Assembly (NCBI GenBank): GCA_902629585.1
Contig: CACORI010000003.1
Span: 871 to 64,870, forward strand
Source of the DNA: an uncultured Pelagibacteraceae bacterium
GTDB lineage: Bacteria > Pseudomonadota > Alphaproteobacteria > Pelagibacterales > Pelagibacteraceae
Direction: 5' to 3'
Length of the DNA: 64,000 bases
Made by a program: the position numbers and the translations under genes. Under the pieces are notes generated by a model. It made no database searches. It was given only the letters and a program-made list of their open reading frames with translations, and had not been told where the DNA came from. Below, in pieces: positions 10,305 to 21,062 of the stretch. Each line of letters begins with the position of its first letter. Position 1 is the first letter of the stretch.

Positions 10305-11698
10305 GACATTAAATTTGGTAATTTTCTCATCCAACTTGAAATAGAACCAGCGCCCATACCAATAACAATCTTTTTTCCATACATATTTAACTTTAAAAAT
10401 TTCGCTAATTGATGATGGTTTTCTACCATAAATAATTTAACCCTTGAATTTTTTACAATCTCTTTAGCAAAATTTTTATAATCGAAACCTAACTTTATTT
10501 TTTCACCAGCAGTAAAAATTGGGCATAAAACCACAGTATTCGCCTTTTCAAAGGCGTAGGTAAATTCTTTTTTTAGATACTTTAATCTTGAAATTCTATG
10601 AGGTTGAAAAATGCAAACTTTATCATATTTCGAATAAACTTTATTAATACCTTCAAGCACAAATTTTATCTCTGTTGGATGGTGTGCATAATCATCGTAA
10701 AAATCAATACCATTATGAATAAAAATTTTATTAAATCTTCTTTGAACACCTTGAAAATTTTTTAGTCCCTTTTTTATTTTTTGAATTGGTATACCAACGG
10801 ACATAGCTACGCCTATTGCCGCAACAGAATTTCTTATATTATGAATTCCAATTAAAGGAATTTCAATATCTTTAATATTGAAAATCTTTTTATTAGGAAG
10901 ATTTACTTGTATATCAAATTTAGAATAAAACTTAGATTGTTTAACATTTTTAATGACAAAATTTGAATCAACTTTTTGACCATAGGTATAAAAATTTTTA
11001 TTATTAATTTTCTTAATTAATTCTTTATTAATTTTGTCGTCTATACAAATAAAAGATTTACCAAAAGATGGTGTTTTTTTTATAAACTCTAAAAAATAAT
11101 TTTTCAAATCTTCAATTGTCCTATAAAAATCCATATGTTCATAATCAATGTTTGTTATTATAGAATAGGTTGGCAAGATATGAACAAAACTTCCATCTGA
11201 CTCATCTGCCTCTAAAATTGACCAATCACTTTTTCCAAGTCTGGCAGTATTTTTAATTGAATTTATCACTCCACCATTAATAATTGTTGGATCTAACTTA
11301 GTTTCTTGGAAAATTGAAGTTATAAGAGAAGTGGTTGTAGTTTTACCATGGGAGCCTACAACAACTATATTTTTTAGCAAAGAAACTATACTTGCTAACA
11401 TTTTTCCCCGGCTAATAATTGGAATTTTTTTTTTCTTAGCTTCTATTAATTCTGGATTATTCTTCTTAATTGCTGAGGAGACAACCAATATTGTAGCATT
11501 TTTTAAATTTTGTTTCGAATGTTTTAAAAAAATTTTAATTTTTTCTTTTCTTAATCTATCTATGTTTTTATTATTTGAAATATCACTACCTTGAACTTTA
11601 AAGCCACGTCTCTTCATTATTAGTGAAAGTCCACTCATTCCTATTCCTCCTATTCCAACAAAATGGACTATTTCTTTTTTTGCAAGCTCAATTTTCAT
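10301..11698 (-). CDS. murC: UDP-N-acetylmuramate--L-alanine ligase
   Basis: HFVGIGGIGMSG, GSHGKTTTT, EADESDGSF, DDYAHHPTEI and FQPHR. Confidence 0.98.
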   Translation of the reverse strand: MKIELAKKEIVHFVGIGGIGMSGLSLIMKRRGFKVQGSDISNNKNIDRLRKEKIKIFLKHSKQNLKNATILVVSSAIKKNNPELIEAKKKKIPIISRGKMLASIVSLLKNIVVVGSHGKTTTTSLITSIFQETKLDPTIINGGVINSIKNTARLGKSDWSILEADESDGSFVHILPTYSIITNIDYEHMDFYRTIEDLKNYFLEFIKKTPSFGKSFICIDDKINKELIKKINNKNFYTYGQKVDSNFVIKNVKQSKFYSKFDIQVNLPNKKIFNIKDIEIPLIGIHNIRNSVAAIGVAMSVGIPIQKIKKGLKNFQGVQRRFNKIFIHNGIDFYDDYAHHPTEIKFVLEGINKVYSKYDKVCIFQPHRISRLKYLKKEFTYAFEKANTVVLCPIFTAGEKIKLGFDYKNFAKEIVKNSRVKLFMVENHHQLAKFLKLNMYGKKIVIGMGAGSISSWMRKLPNLMS

Positions 11699-12755
11699 TT
11701 ATAATATTATTTAGTTTTAGATTTATATCATGCCAGGAATTTTGATAATTTAATTTTTCTAAATTTTTTTTTTTATCATTGTACTCAGATTTATCTTTTA
11801 ATATTCCCATTAATAATCTTAGAAGTTTTTCATAATTTAAATCTTTTTGTTCCAAAATCCAGCAACAGCCAGCTTTTTCATAAAATTTAGCATTATGTAT
11901 TTGATGATCATCTTTTGCCGTTGGTAACGGAATAGTGATAAAAGGTTTTTTCATGATTGAAATTTCAGCTAATGATGTCGCTCCTGCCCGAGAAATACAC
12001 AAGTCAGATTCGTCAATTAGTTTGATAAAATTTTTTTCAAAATCAAATATTAAATTTTCTATATTATTTAAATTATAAAAATTTTTCATATTTTCTATAT
12101 TTTCAGTGGCTGTTTGTTGTATTACCTTTATAGAATATTCTTTATTAATAGAAACTATTACTTTACTTATTTGAGTATTAAAAATTTTTGCTCCCTGGCT
12201 GCCTCCAAATATTAATATACAAAATTTTTTTTTATCAAAGTCATAATTTGGTTTTATTTCATAAAAAGACTTATTTACTAGAGGTTTTATGACCTCAATC
12301 TTGTGAGTGAATTTTTTTGGAAAATTATTTAAAGAACTTGAATAACATATAATTTTTTCCGCAAATTTTAAAAAAAATTTATTAGCTCTACCCAATGTAA
12401 GGTTTGGCTCAAATAAATAAACTTTTATTCCTATAAATTTTGAAGCGATACATATAGGTAAAGACATATATCCTCCAGTTGATATTACTTTGTGAATATT
12501 CTCTTTTTTTAGAAATAAAAAAGATTTTAAAGTTAGATATATCAATTTTAATATTTTTATTGGAAAGAATAAATCAATATTTAATTTGGGTGCATTGATT
12601 AACTGAACCTTTTTTTTTTCATCCTTTAAATATTTTTTTCCTCTCACATCAGATGTAAAAATTATTTTAAAATTCATTCCTAAATGTTCTGAAATAATTT
12701 GTGCTGGTATTACATGACCTCCAGTACCGCCAGTAGAAATTAATATTTTTTTCAT
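11688..12755 (-). CDS. murG: Lipid II GlcNAc transferase MurG
   Basis: GGTGGHV, TGGY.S, GGSQGA, SRAGA and HQ..NA. Confidence 0.97.
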   Translation of the reverse strand: MKKILISTGGTGGHVIPAQIISEHLGMNFKIIFTSDVRGKKYLKDEKKKVQLINAPKLNIDLFFPIKILKLIYLTLKSFLFLKKENIHKVISTGGYMSLPICIASKFIGIKVYLFEPNLTLGRANKFFLKFAEKIICYSSSLNNFPKKFTHKIEVIKPLVNKSFYEIKPNYDFDKKKFCILIFGGSQGAKIFNTQISKVIVSINKEYSIKVIQQTATENIENMKNFYNLNNIENLIFDFEKNFIKLIDESDLCISRAGATSLAEISIMKKPFITIPLPTAKDDHQIHNAKFYEKAGCCWILEQKDLNYEKLLRLLMGILKDKSEYNDKKKNLEKLNYQNSWHDINLKLNNIINEN

Positions 12756-12760
12756 TTAGT

Positions 12761-13882
12761 CTAAATTTTTCTTTTTGTTAAATTTAAAATTATACCTGAT
12801 AATATTGAGATACCTATTATTGAAGATCCACCATAACTTAAAAAAGGTAATGTCATACCGGTTGTTGGAAATAATCTAATATTAACACCTATATGAATCA
12901 TTACTTGCATTAATATCAAACTAGCAGAACCAACAAGAACTAATTTTGTTTTATGATTTTTTTCAATATTTACTTTTCTAAATATTGAAAAAATAAAAAC
13001 TAAAAAAAGAATTAATAATAAAATAATAACTAATACCCCAAATTCTTCCGAAATAACCGAAATTATATAATCTGTATGAGCCTCGGGCACTTTGTTTTTT
13101 AGCGTTCCTTCACCAATACCCTTTCCAAAAAAACCACCACTTTTGATTGACTCTATGGCTTTGTCCGATTGAAAATTATAAGTTCCTCTATCAGTATCAA
13201 AAAAAGATATTATCCTATTTTTGATATAAGCAAATTTAGGAATAAAAAATGCAAAATATAATAACAAAATCAAGCCAATTAATGAAACTACAAATAAAAA
13301 AATAAGATTAACACCTGAAATAAAAATTAATACCATCCAGGTAAATCCAACTAATAATGTTTGACCTAGGTCTGGTTGAATAATTAATAAAAAAGCAATT
13401 GAAATTGTTAAGATCAGTGTGATGATAAATTTTAAGCTAAAATTATTAAACTTATCGAAAGTTATGATTGAGCTTAAAGCTATTATGAAAAAAGGTTTTA
13501 CAAGCTCAATAGGTTGAAGTCTCGGTAAAAAAAAAATATCTAACCATCTTTTTGAACCTTTAACTTCGACTCCTATAAATGGTACCAGAATTAACAATGT
13601 TAAAGTTATAAAAAAAAAATATATGGAAAATTTATAAAGCATTTTCTGATCTATATAAGAAATTAAAAAAATTAAAAAAATTCCAACTAAAACAAAAACA
13701 AAATGTTTAAAGAAAAAAAAGTAATTATTTGTATCTAGCTTATCCGATGCAATTAGAGATGTTGAAACTAGAGAAAAAAATAATCCTATCAATAAAAATG
13801 TTATTATTAAACTTAGGATAAATTTATCTAAATTTTTCCACCATTGATAATAAGAAAAATAATTAAAAAATGTATTTACCAT
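12761..13882 (-). CDS. ftsW: SEDS peptidoglycan glycosyltransferase FtsW
   Basis: GSKRW, QP.E..K, QPDLG, PEAHTDYI, TG.TLPFLSYGGSS; multiple TM segments; dcw position. Confidence 0.95.
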   Translation of the reverse strand: MVNTFFNYFSYYQWWKNLDKFILSLIITFLLIGLFFSLVSTSLIASDKLDTNNYFFFFKHFVFVLVGIFLIFLISYIDQKMLYKFSIYFFFITLTLLILVPFIGVEVKGSKRWLDIFFLPRLQPIELVKPFFIIALSSIITFDKFNNFSLKFIITLILTISIAFLLIIQPDLGQTLLVGFTWMVLIFISGVNLIFLFVVSLIGLILLLYFAFFIPKFAYIKNRIISFFDTDRGTYNFQSDKAIESIKSGGFFGKGIGEGTLKNKVPEAHTDYIISVISEEFGVLVIILLLILFLVFIFSIFRKVNIEKNHKTKLVLVGSASLILMQVMIHIGVNIRLFPTTGMTLPFLSYGGSSIIGISILSGIILNLTKRKI

Positions 13883-15141
13883 TTAATTCTTTTTATCATT
13901 TTGTTAAAAAAGGATCCTCTTTCCTCAAAATTTTTAAAGGTGTCGAAGGAGGCAGCTGCAGGACTAAATAAAATCATTTTTTCATTTAACTTACCATCTA
14001 AGATATCTTTACTTAAACATTCCATGGCTTTTTTGAGGTCAGAAAATTTTTTCAATCGTATTTTATTTTTTAAATCTAATAAAAACTTTTTGGAATTGTT
14101 ACCAAAAATATAACCATTTATATTCTTGTAGTACGTCTTTGGTAATTCAAATTTATCACCCTTCTTTGGAATCCCTCCTAATAACCAATAAATATTCTTA
14201 TGTGATTTAAGCATTTCTAAAGTCGAAGCATAACTTGTTGATTTAGAGTCATTTATGATTTTTAAATTTTTTTTATTATAAATAATTTGTTGTCTATATT
14301 TCAGACCTTTAAAATTTTTAATTGTTTTAAATAAAATTTTTTTATCAATTTTAAATTTTTTTATGATTTGTAAAACAAATAACAGATTTTCCTTATTTGA
14401 TTTTGATGAAAAGTAATTATTTTCAAATTTTAATGAAAAATTTTTATTTGAAATTGTTTTAACTTTAATAATCTTTCCTTTAAAATTTTTTTTTTTAATA
14501 AATTTTTTAATATTATTATCATTTTTATTAACAAAAGCTACGGAGTCTGATTTTTGATTTTTTATTAAATTAAATTTTGCATGGATATATTTTTTCAAAG
14601 TTTTATGTCTTTCTAAATGATCAGGTGATATATTTAATACTGCTGAATATTTTGAATTAAAAATTTTACTATAGTCTAGTTGATATGATGATGCTTCTAT
14701 TACAAAAATAGATTTGGGTTTAATTTTTTTTATTGATAAAATAGGATAACCTATATTTCCAGCTAACTTTACATCATAACCTTGCCTTTTTAAAATCTCA
14801 TAAATAAGCTGAGATGTTGTAGATTTGCCATTAGTGCCAGTAATAGTAATACATTTATTTTCATAGAATGATTTAAAAACGTCAAGATCGGTAAAAATTT
14901 TTTTTGAATTTTCTTTCAAAAATTTTTTTAATTTACATTTATTTTTATCAATACCCGGGCTTATAATTATTAAATCATATTTAAGCTTTCTTATTTTACT
15001 TATTGATGAATATTTTTTTTTATCATCGAACAAATAGATTTTGTTTGATTTTTTTAAAAAATTAAATGAAGAAATTCCACTTTTTCCTAATCCATAAATT
15101 AAAATTTTTTTATTTACAAAAATATTTCTAGAGTGGAGCAT
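13876..15141 (-). CDS. murD: UDP-N-acetylmuramoyl-L-alanine--D-glutamate ligase
   Basis: GLGKSG, SPGI, TGTNGKST, GNIG, EASSYQL, NDSKST and SPAAASFD. Start moved to the TAATG overlap with mraY. Confidence 0.96.
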   Translation of the reverse strand: MLHSRNIFVNKKILIYGLGKSGISSFNFLKKSNKIYLFDDKKKYSSISKIRKLKYDLIIISPGIDKNKCKLKKFLKENSKKIFTDLDVFKSFYENKCITITGTNGKSTTSQLIYEILKRQGYDVKLAGNIGYPILSIKKIKPKSIFVIEASSYQLDYSKIFNSKYSAVLNISPDHLERHKTLKKYIHAKFNLIKNQKSDSVAFVNKNDNNIKKFIKKKNFKGKIIKVKTISNKNFSLKFENNYFSSKSNKENLLFVLQIIKKFKIDKKILFKTIKNFKGLKYRQQIIYNKKNLKIINDSKSTSYASTLEMLKSHKNIYWLLGGIPKKGDKFELPKTYYKNINGYIFGNNSKKFLLDLKNKIRLKKFSDLKKAMECLSKDILDGKLNEKMILFSPAAASFDTFKNFEERGSFFNKMIKRIKW

Positions 15142-16226
15142 TATCTTAATTTGAGTGTAGCTAAACCAATCATCGCTAAAATAATTGATATGATCCAAAA
15201 TCTAATTACGACTGTTGACTCAGGCCATCCTTTTTTTTCAAAATGGTGATGAATAGGCGCCATTTTAAAAATTCTTCTTCCAGTTAATTTAAATGAAATT
15301 ACCTGAACTATCACAGAAAACGCCTCTAAAACAAAAAGACCCCCAGTTATAGCTAAAACTATTTCATGTTTTGTTATTATCCCTATCGCACCTAATGATC
15401 CTCCTAATGATAAAGAACCGGTGTCACCCATGAAAATTTTTGCAGGTGGAGCGTTAAACCAAAGAAAACCTAAACAAGAACCAATTATTGCACTACAGAA
15501 AATTGAAATTTCTCCAGTGCCCTCAATGTAAGGAATTTGAAGATAACTGGAAAAAACAATATTTCCAGTGACATAACTAATAAAAGCAAAACAACCAGCG
15601 ACCAATATAACCGGCACTGTTGCTAAGCCATCTAAACCGTCAGTCAAATTTACAGCGTTTGAGGATCCTATTATAACAAAGACCGAAAAAGGAATAAAAA
15701 ACCATCCAAGATTTAAAATTAAATTCTTAAAAAAAGGAAAATATAGATTTGTAATCTCTTTATAGTCTACAAAGAAGTAGAAAAAACTAACACCAATTAT
15801 TGCAAGTATAATTTGTGAAATTATTTTAAACTTAGAAGATATTCCTGAAGAATTACTATTTCTAATTTTTTTGTAGTCATCAAAAGCACCTAATAAACCA
15901 AATGTAATTGCTATATAAATACAGAATAGAACATTTATATTAGATAAATCCGCCCAACATAAAACAGAAATTAATAAACCAAATAGAATAATTAATCCAC
16001 CCATAGTAGGTGTACCTATTTTTTTTATAATATGTTCCTCAGGTCCATCATCACGAATAGGATTAAGAATTTTTTGTTTTGAAAAAAATTTAATGAATGG
16101 TCCACCAACTATTAGAACTATAGTTAAAGAAGTAAAAAAAGACAGCCCAGATCTAAACGTTATATATTTAAAAACATTTAAAAATCCAAAACTATCAACA
16201 TAATTTAGTAAAAGTTGATAAAGCAT
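15141..16226 (-). CDS. mraY: Phospho-N-acetylmuramoyl-pentapeptide transferase
   Basis: GTPTMGG, DDY.K, NAVNLTDGLDGL, FMGDTGS and MAPIHHHFE. Confidence 0.98.
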   Translation of the reverse strand: MLYQLLLNYVDSFGFLNVFKYITFRSGLSFFTSLTIVLIVGGPFIKFFSKQKILNPIRDDGPEEHIIKKIGTPTMGGLIILFGLLISVLCWADLSNINVLFCIYIAITFGLLGAFDDYKKIRNSNSSGISSKFKIISQIILAIIGVSFFYFFVDYKEITNLYFPFFKNLILNLGWFFIPFSVFVIIGSSNAVNLTDGLDGLATVPVILVAGCFAFISYVTGNIVFSSYLQIPYIEGTGEISIFCSAIIGSCLGFLWFNAPPAKIFMGDTGSLSLGGSLGAIGIITKHEIVLAITGGLFVLEAFSVIVQVISFKLTGRRIFKMAPIHHHFEKKGWPESTVVIRFWIISIILAMIGLATLKLR

Positions 16227-19070
16227 TTAATTTAGACCCCTTAATTTTTCTACCATCTTATTTAAGCCTGTAGCATTTGAAGCCTTGATCATCAAATAAT
16301 CATTATTATTTAATTCATTTTTAATCAATTCAATTATTTGGGATTGATTGGTTAAAATTTTACCCCTTTTAAATTTCTTCAGTTTATTAAAAACAATAGG
16401 CACTCTGGATCCTTTTACAAAAACCTTATCAATCCCAGTTTTATTAATAATTGGTGCAATTAATTCATGTAATTTTTTAGAGTGTTTTCCAAGCTCCAAC
16501 ATGTCTCCTAATAATAAATACTTTTTAAATCCTTTCGCATCAATTTTGTCAAAATTTAATATTGCCGATTTCAAAGATAAAGGATTAGAATTATAACTTT
16601 CATCAATTAGGTTAATTTTTTTTTTATGAATTGAAATTTTTGAAATATCTCCTCTGCCCTTAGGTGTTTTAAAATTCATAAAAATATTTTTATTTAAATT
16701 AGATATATTTGTGTAAATACTCATTACCGCTAAAGATGCTAAAATATTGTAAATGTTATTTTGAAAATTGTTATGAATTATAAAAAACTTAAAAAGATTA
16801 TTTATTCTTATCTTTATTTTAAATTTTTTATTTTCTTTCTTAATACTAATTTTTTTTATATCTGCATTTTTACTTTTAATTCCAAATGAAATAACCTGGA
16901 TCTTTTTTTTAAAAGCAATTTTTTTATGAAAATTAAAAAATTTGTCGTCAGCATTCAAGATTAAAAATCCATTAGATTTAGTATTATTAATGATTTCTGA
17001 TTTAGCCATTGCTATATGATTGATACTTTTAAAATTCTTAATATGCGCAAAGCTTATGTTAGTTATCACACTTACATCTGGTTTAATTATTTTTGAGAGA
17101 TCGTCTATCTCTCCCTTTTTATCCATACCAACCTCTAAAATCCCATAATCATCATTTTGATTTAAATTAAAAAGACTAAGAGGTACTCCAAATTTATTAT
17201 TATAAGATTTAGGAGAAATACTCGCATTTGAGATTTTTTTAAGACAATTTCCCAATAATTCTTTGAGAGATGTCTTTCCACAGCTACCAGTAATAGCAAT
17301 AATATTAGTATTTATATTTTCTCTGAACATTTCTGCGCATTCTGTCAAAAATCTTAATGTATTTTTAACTTTTATTTGATTTTTAAAATAAAAATTTTTT
17401 TGGAATTTGTTAACAATCGCTAAAGAAGCTTTTTTTCTAAATGCTTCAGTTACAAATCTATTTCCATCATTCTTATCTCCTTTTATGGCAAAAAAAATAT
17501 CATTTTTTTCTACGACTTTTGAATTTATTCTTCCCTGCCCAATAGATAATTTGGGACTTAATTCACTTTTATAAGACAAGTCTTTAATTATGTTTAACTT
17601 TAAATTTATGGATAAACTTAAATTTTTTTCTTTAATTGATTTTAATATCAAATTTTTATCAGAAAAATAAAATTTTTTTTTTCCAATAACTTGTGTTTTT
17701 TCATGCCCCTTTCCAGCAACTAGTAGAATTTCACCAACTCTTATATCTTTTACTGCGTGTGAAATCGCTTCAGCTCTATTCGGTATCTCGATAATCTTTT
17801 GTCTTTTAATCCCTTTTTTTATATCTTTTCGAATTTTAGTTGGATTTTCTAATCTAGGATTATCATCTGTAAGGTAAATCTTGTCAGAAAAATTATCAGC
17901 TATTTTTCCCATTTTTGATCTTTTATTTTGATCTCTATTACCTCCACAGCCAAATAGTAAAGAAATTTTTTTATTAGGAAATTGTTCTTTTAAATTTAAC
18001 AAACAAGTTTTTAGAGCTTCAGGTGTATGAGCATAATCAAGAATTATTTTTGATTTATTTTTTAATTTTCCAATTTTTTGGAATCTACCCTCTACAGGTT
18101 TGATTTTAGAAATAGTTTTTAAAATTCGCTTAATTGTTATTTGACTTTGTTGGGCAGCAATAATTGCCATTATAAGATTTTTAAGCTGTATTTTTCCTAT
18201 TAAATTAACATTGATTTCATGAATGACATCTTTTATTTTTATTTTAATAATTTGGATATCGTTTTTAAATTCATGAGAGATAACATTAAAATAATTCTTT
18301 TTATCATTCAGTGTAAAAAGTTTTAATTTTTTTTTTGATGCAATTTTTTTTATTTTTTTAAATTGAGGGATTTTTTCATCGGTAATTAAATTACCATTTT
18401 TCTTAATCAGTTTTTTAAATAAATAAAGCTTCGATTTCAAATAGTCATCTAAATTTTTATGGTAATCTAGGTGATCTTGAGACAAATTTGTAAAAATTCC
18501 TGAATTAAATTTTAAGCCGTCTAGTCTATTTTGTTTAAGTCCATGGCTTGATGCCTCTAAAATAACATTTTGAATTTTATTATCCTTTAGTTTTTGTAAT
18601 ATTTGACCTAATTGTATTGGATTTGTAGTGGTATTAGATAGGTTTAAATTAAATTTTTCTGATTTGAGACCTAAAGTTCCAATTGAAGCTACTTTTTTGT
18701 TGTTTAATTTTAAGATTTGATAATAAAAATCAGCAATTGATGATTTTCCATTTGTACCAGTTACGGCGATTAAATTCTTTGGTCTTTTGTTATAAATTTT
18801 ATAGGATATTTCTGATAAAAGTTTTCTAATATTTTTTGTATGAATAAATAGTATGCCATTTTGAAATTTATTGCTTCTCTTTTCACTAATTATGATTTTT
18901 GATCCTTTGTTAATTGCAGTAGCTATAAATTTATTTCCATCTAAAGTGTTTCCTTCGATAGCAAAAAAAATATAATTTTTTTTTACTTGAGTACTGTCAA
19001 AAGAGATTCCTGAAAAAAAAAATTTTTTATATTTTTTATTTATATTTTTAAGGTAATTGCCTAACAACAT
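16227..19070 (-). CDS. murEF: MurE-MurF fusion (meso-DAP ligase plus D-Ala-D-Ala ligase), 947 aa
   Basis: N-half: TGTNGKSS, EASSHGL, DHLDYH, DYAHTP, DNPR (DAP specificity), GKGHE. C-half: TGSCGKT, SYNN.FGVP, DESYNSNP.S, LGDMLELG. Single uninterrupted frame. Confidence 0.95.
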   Translation of the reverse strand: MLLGNYLKNINKKYKKFFFSGISFDSTQVKKNYIFFAIEGNTLDGNKFIATAINKGSKIIISEKRSNKFQNGILFIHTKNIRKLLSEISYKIYNKRPKNLIAVTGTNGKSSIADFYYQILKLNNKKVASIGTLGLKSEKFNLNLSNTTTNPIQLGQILQKLKDNKIQNVILEASSHGLKQNRLDGLKFNSGIFTNLSQDHLDYHKNLDDYLKSKLYLFKKLIKKNGNLITDEKIPQFKKIKKIASKKKLKLFTLNDKKNYFNVISHEFKNDIQIIKIKIKDVIHEINVNLIGKIQLKNLIMAIIAAQQSQITIKRILKTISKIKPVEGRFQKIGKLKNKSKIILDYAHTPEALKTCLLNLKEQFPNKKISLLFGCGGNRDQNKRSKMGKIADNFSDKIYLTDDNPRLENPTKIRKDIKKGIKRQKIIEIPNRAEAISHAVKDIRVGEILLVAGKGHEKTQVIGKKKFYFSDKNLILKSIKEKNLSLSINLKLNIIKDLSYKSELSPKLSIGQGRINSKVVEKNDIFFAIKGDKNDGNRFVTEAFRKKASLAIVNKFQKNFYFKNQIKVKNTLRFLTECAEMFRENINTNIIAITGSCGKTSLKELLGNCLKKISNASISPKSYNNKFGVPLSLFNLNQNDDYGILEVGMDKKGEIDDLSKIIKPDVSVITNISFAHIKNFKSINHIAMAKSEIINNTKSNGFLILNADDKFFNFHKKIAFKKKIQVISFGIKSKNADIKKISIKKENKKFKIKIRINNLFKFFIIHNNFQNNIYNILASLAVMSIYTNISNLNKNIFMNFKTPKGRGDISKISIHKKKINLIDESYNSNPLSLKSAILNFDKIDAKGFKKYLLLGDMLELGKHSKKLHELIAPIINKTGIDKVFVKGSRVPIVFNKLKKFKRGKILTNQSQIIELIKNELNNNDYLMIKASNATGLNKMVEKLRGLN

Positions 19071-19072
19071 TT

Positions 19073-20758
19073 TTAATTAACTTCTTTATATTTTGTGGCT
19101 AAAATGGGTCCAATTTTTTCAATTATTTGACCCGCAACTTCAACAGATGTCCAACCAGCTGTATTAAATGGAGTGCCTTTATATTTAATTCCAGACCCAT
19201 CTCTGTAATCATAGATATATTCATTATTTATCTTAGGTTCATCTAGCATAACCACAAGAGAATATTTTGGATTTGAAATAGGAAAAATAGAGGCAAAAGT
19301 ATTAATCTTATCTCTAGAGTAACCGCCAACAGAGCTTTTTTGAGCAGTTCCAGTTTTTCCTCCAACCTCGAAGCCTTTCACATTAGCCAAAGAGGCAGTT
19401 CCCTCTTTAGAGGTTACAATTTTTCTTAATATTGGAATAATTTTTTTAGAGACATTTTTTTTCAAAATTAGCTCTCTTTCAAGATTTTTATCTGTCACAA
19501 TTAAAGTTGGATTAATTCTGTATCCTCCATTAGCCAGTATAGAATAAGCTGTGGCTAATTGAAGAATAGTTGTAGTTATTCCATGGCCATATGAAACTGT
19601 TGCTAATTTACATTTTCCCCAATTAAATTGTAGTGGTACTCCGATTTCATCAATATCAAATTTAATTGATTGAATTAATCTTAAGTCATTTAAAAATTTT
19701 TTATAGTTTTCAATTCCAACAATTTGACCAATTCTAACAGATCCTATGTTACCAGATCTAATAAGAATTTCCTCAGCCGTCAAATCAGATGGTATTTTAT
19801 CATCGTATTCACTGATAATATTTTTACCACATCTAATACTTTTTTTAAGATTCTTAAAAAGTGTTTGAGGCTCAATATCTTTTGTATTTAATGCAGCAGC
19901 AAGAGTAAAAGTTTTAAACACAGATCCAAGTTCATAAACCCCTTTTGTTGCTCGGTTAATATATTTTTTGTCAGTGATTGAAATTCTTTCGTTGGGATCA
20001 AAGTCTGGCAAAGAAACAATCGAAATTATTTCGCCATTATTTACATTCATTAATATAGCGGCACTGCCAAGGGTTTTAAAAATTTTATTATATCTTATAA
20101 GTTCTTCTCTAATCAAAAACTGAATATCTTTATCAACACTTAATTGGATAGCAGCATCATTTTTTTTCAATCTTTTATCCTTCGATTTTTCTAAACCTGA
20201 TATTCCAATATTATCATCATCTATTTGTCCTATAATATGGCTAAACAAATTTTTTTGTGGATAAAGTCTAATTATATTTTCTTTAGGTTTAATTGATTTG
20301 TCACCAAGTTTCATAATTTGCTCATATTTTTCCTCTGATATTTTTTTCTCAAACCAAAAGAACTTTTTTTTTTTAATTTTTTCTTTAATTAAATCGTAAT
20401 TTTTTTTTGGAAAAATTAATTTTAAATTGAGAATAAGTTTTTTTTGATCTATTATTTCTCCAGGATTTATCCCAATATCAATTGAACTTACTGTTTTTGC
20501 TAAAAAGGTTCCATTTCTATCAACAATATTAGCACGCTTAATTGTTTCTGAGGACTCGAATTCTTTAAAATTATCAATATCAGTTTTTCTTGAACCTAGA
20601 TGAATTAAATGAATTGAATAAATTAAAAAGATAGAAAAAAAAATAAAAAATATAAATGCTATTCTGTTAAATCTAATATTTACAGTTGATATTTTTTTTT
20701 CAAACTTAAATTCATTATCACGTTCTTCAAGGATAAATCGAAAATCATTATTGGTCAT
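19073..20758 (-). CDS. ftsI: Class B penicillin-binding protein FtsI (PBP3)
   Basis: RANIVDRNG, R.YP, G.SGLE; catalytic SxxK (SVFK), SxN (SGN) and KTG. Confidence 0.95.
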   Translation of the reverse strand: MTNNDFRFILEERDNEFKFEKKISTVNIRFNRIAFIFFIFFSIFLIYSIHLIHLGSRKTDIDNFKEFESSETIKRANIVDRNGTFLAKTVSSIDIGINPGEIIDQKKLILNLKLIFPKKNYDLIKEKIKKKKFFWFEKKISEEKYEQIMKLGDKSIKPKENIIRLYPQKNLFSHIIGQIDDDNIGISGLEKSKDKRLKKNDAAIQLSVDKDIQFLIREELIRYNKIFKTLGSAAILMNVNNGEIISIVSLPDFDPNERISITDKKYINRATKGVYELGSVFKTFTLAAALNTKDIEPQTLFKNLKKSIRCGKNIISEYDDKIPSDLTAEEILIRSGNIGSVRIGQIVGIENYKKFLNDLRLIQSIKFDIDEIGVPLQFNWGKCKLATVSYGHGITTTILQLATAYSILANGGYRINPTLIVTDKNLERELILKKNVSKKIIPILRKIVTSKEGTASLANVKGFEVGGKTGTAQKSSVGGYSRDKINTFASIFPISNPKYSLVVMLDEPKINNEYIYDYRDGSGIKYKGTPFNTAGWTSVEVAGQIIEKIGPILATKYKEVN

Positions 20759-21062
20759 TTTTTTCAGATAACTTTAATTTATTGATAATTAATTTATTAT
20801 TTAAAATTCTAATTGTGTTTATTTCCTCTAACGATTTTTTTTGTAAAGAATCTTCGAAATATAACTTTTGAAACTCTAATAATTTTTTAGAGGAACTTAG
20901 ATAATCATACTCTAATTTGGTATCTTCCATTCTATTCTCCAGAAACCTAATATTTTCAGTTAAATTATAAATCTCATCTTCAATTTTTTTTGTTGAATTC
21001 TTTATTAATGAGGTAACTACAATCAATGAAAAAATTAAAATGAATACAAAAAATTTTTTCAT
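20748..21062 (-). CDS. ftsL: Cell division protein FtsL (divergent)
   Basis: N-terminal TM segment and coiled coil; EYDYLSS..L resembles the alphaproteobacterial EW.YL..P.RL motif; lies between rsmH and ftsI. Confidence 0.75.
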   Translation of the reverse strand: MKKFFVFILIFSLIVVTSLIKNSTKKIEDEIYNLTENIRFLENRMEDTKLEYDYLSSSKKLLEFQKLYFEDSLQKKSLEEINTIRILNNKLIINKLKLSEKNDQ

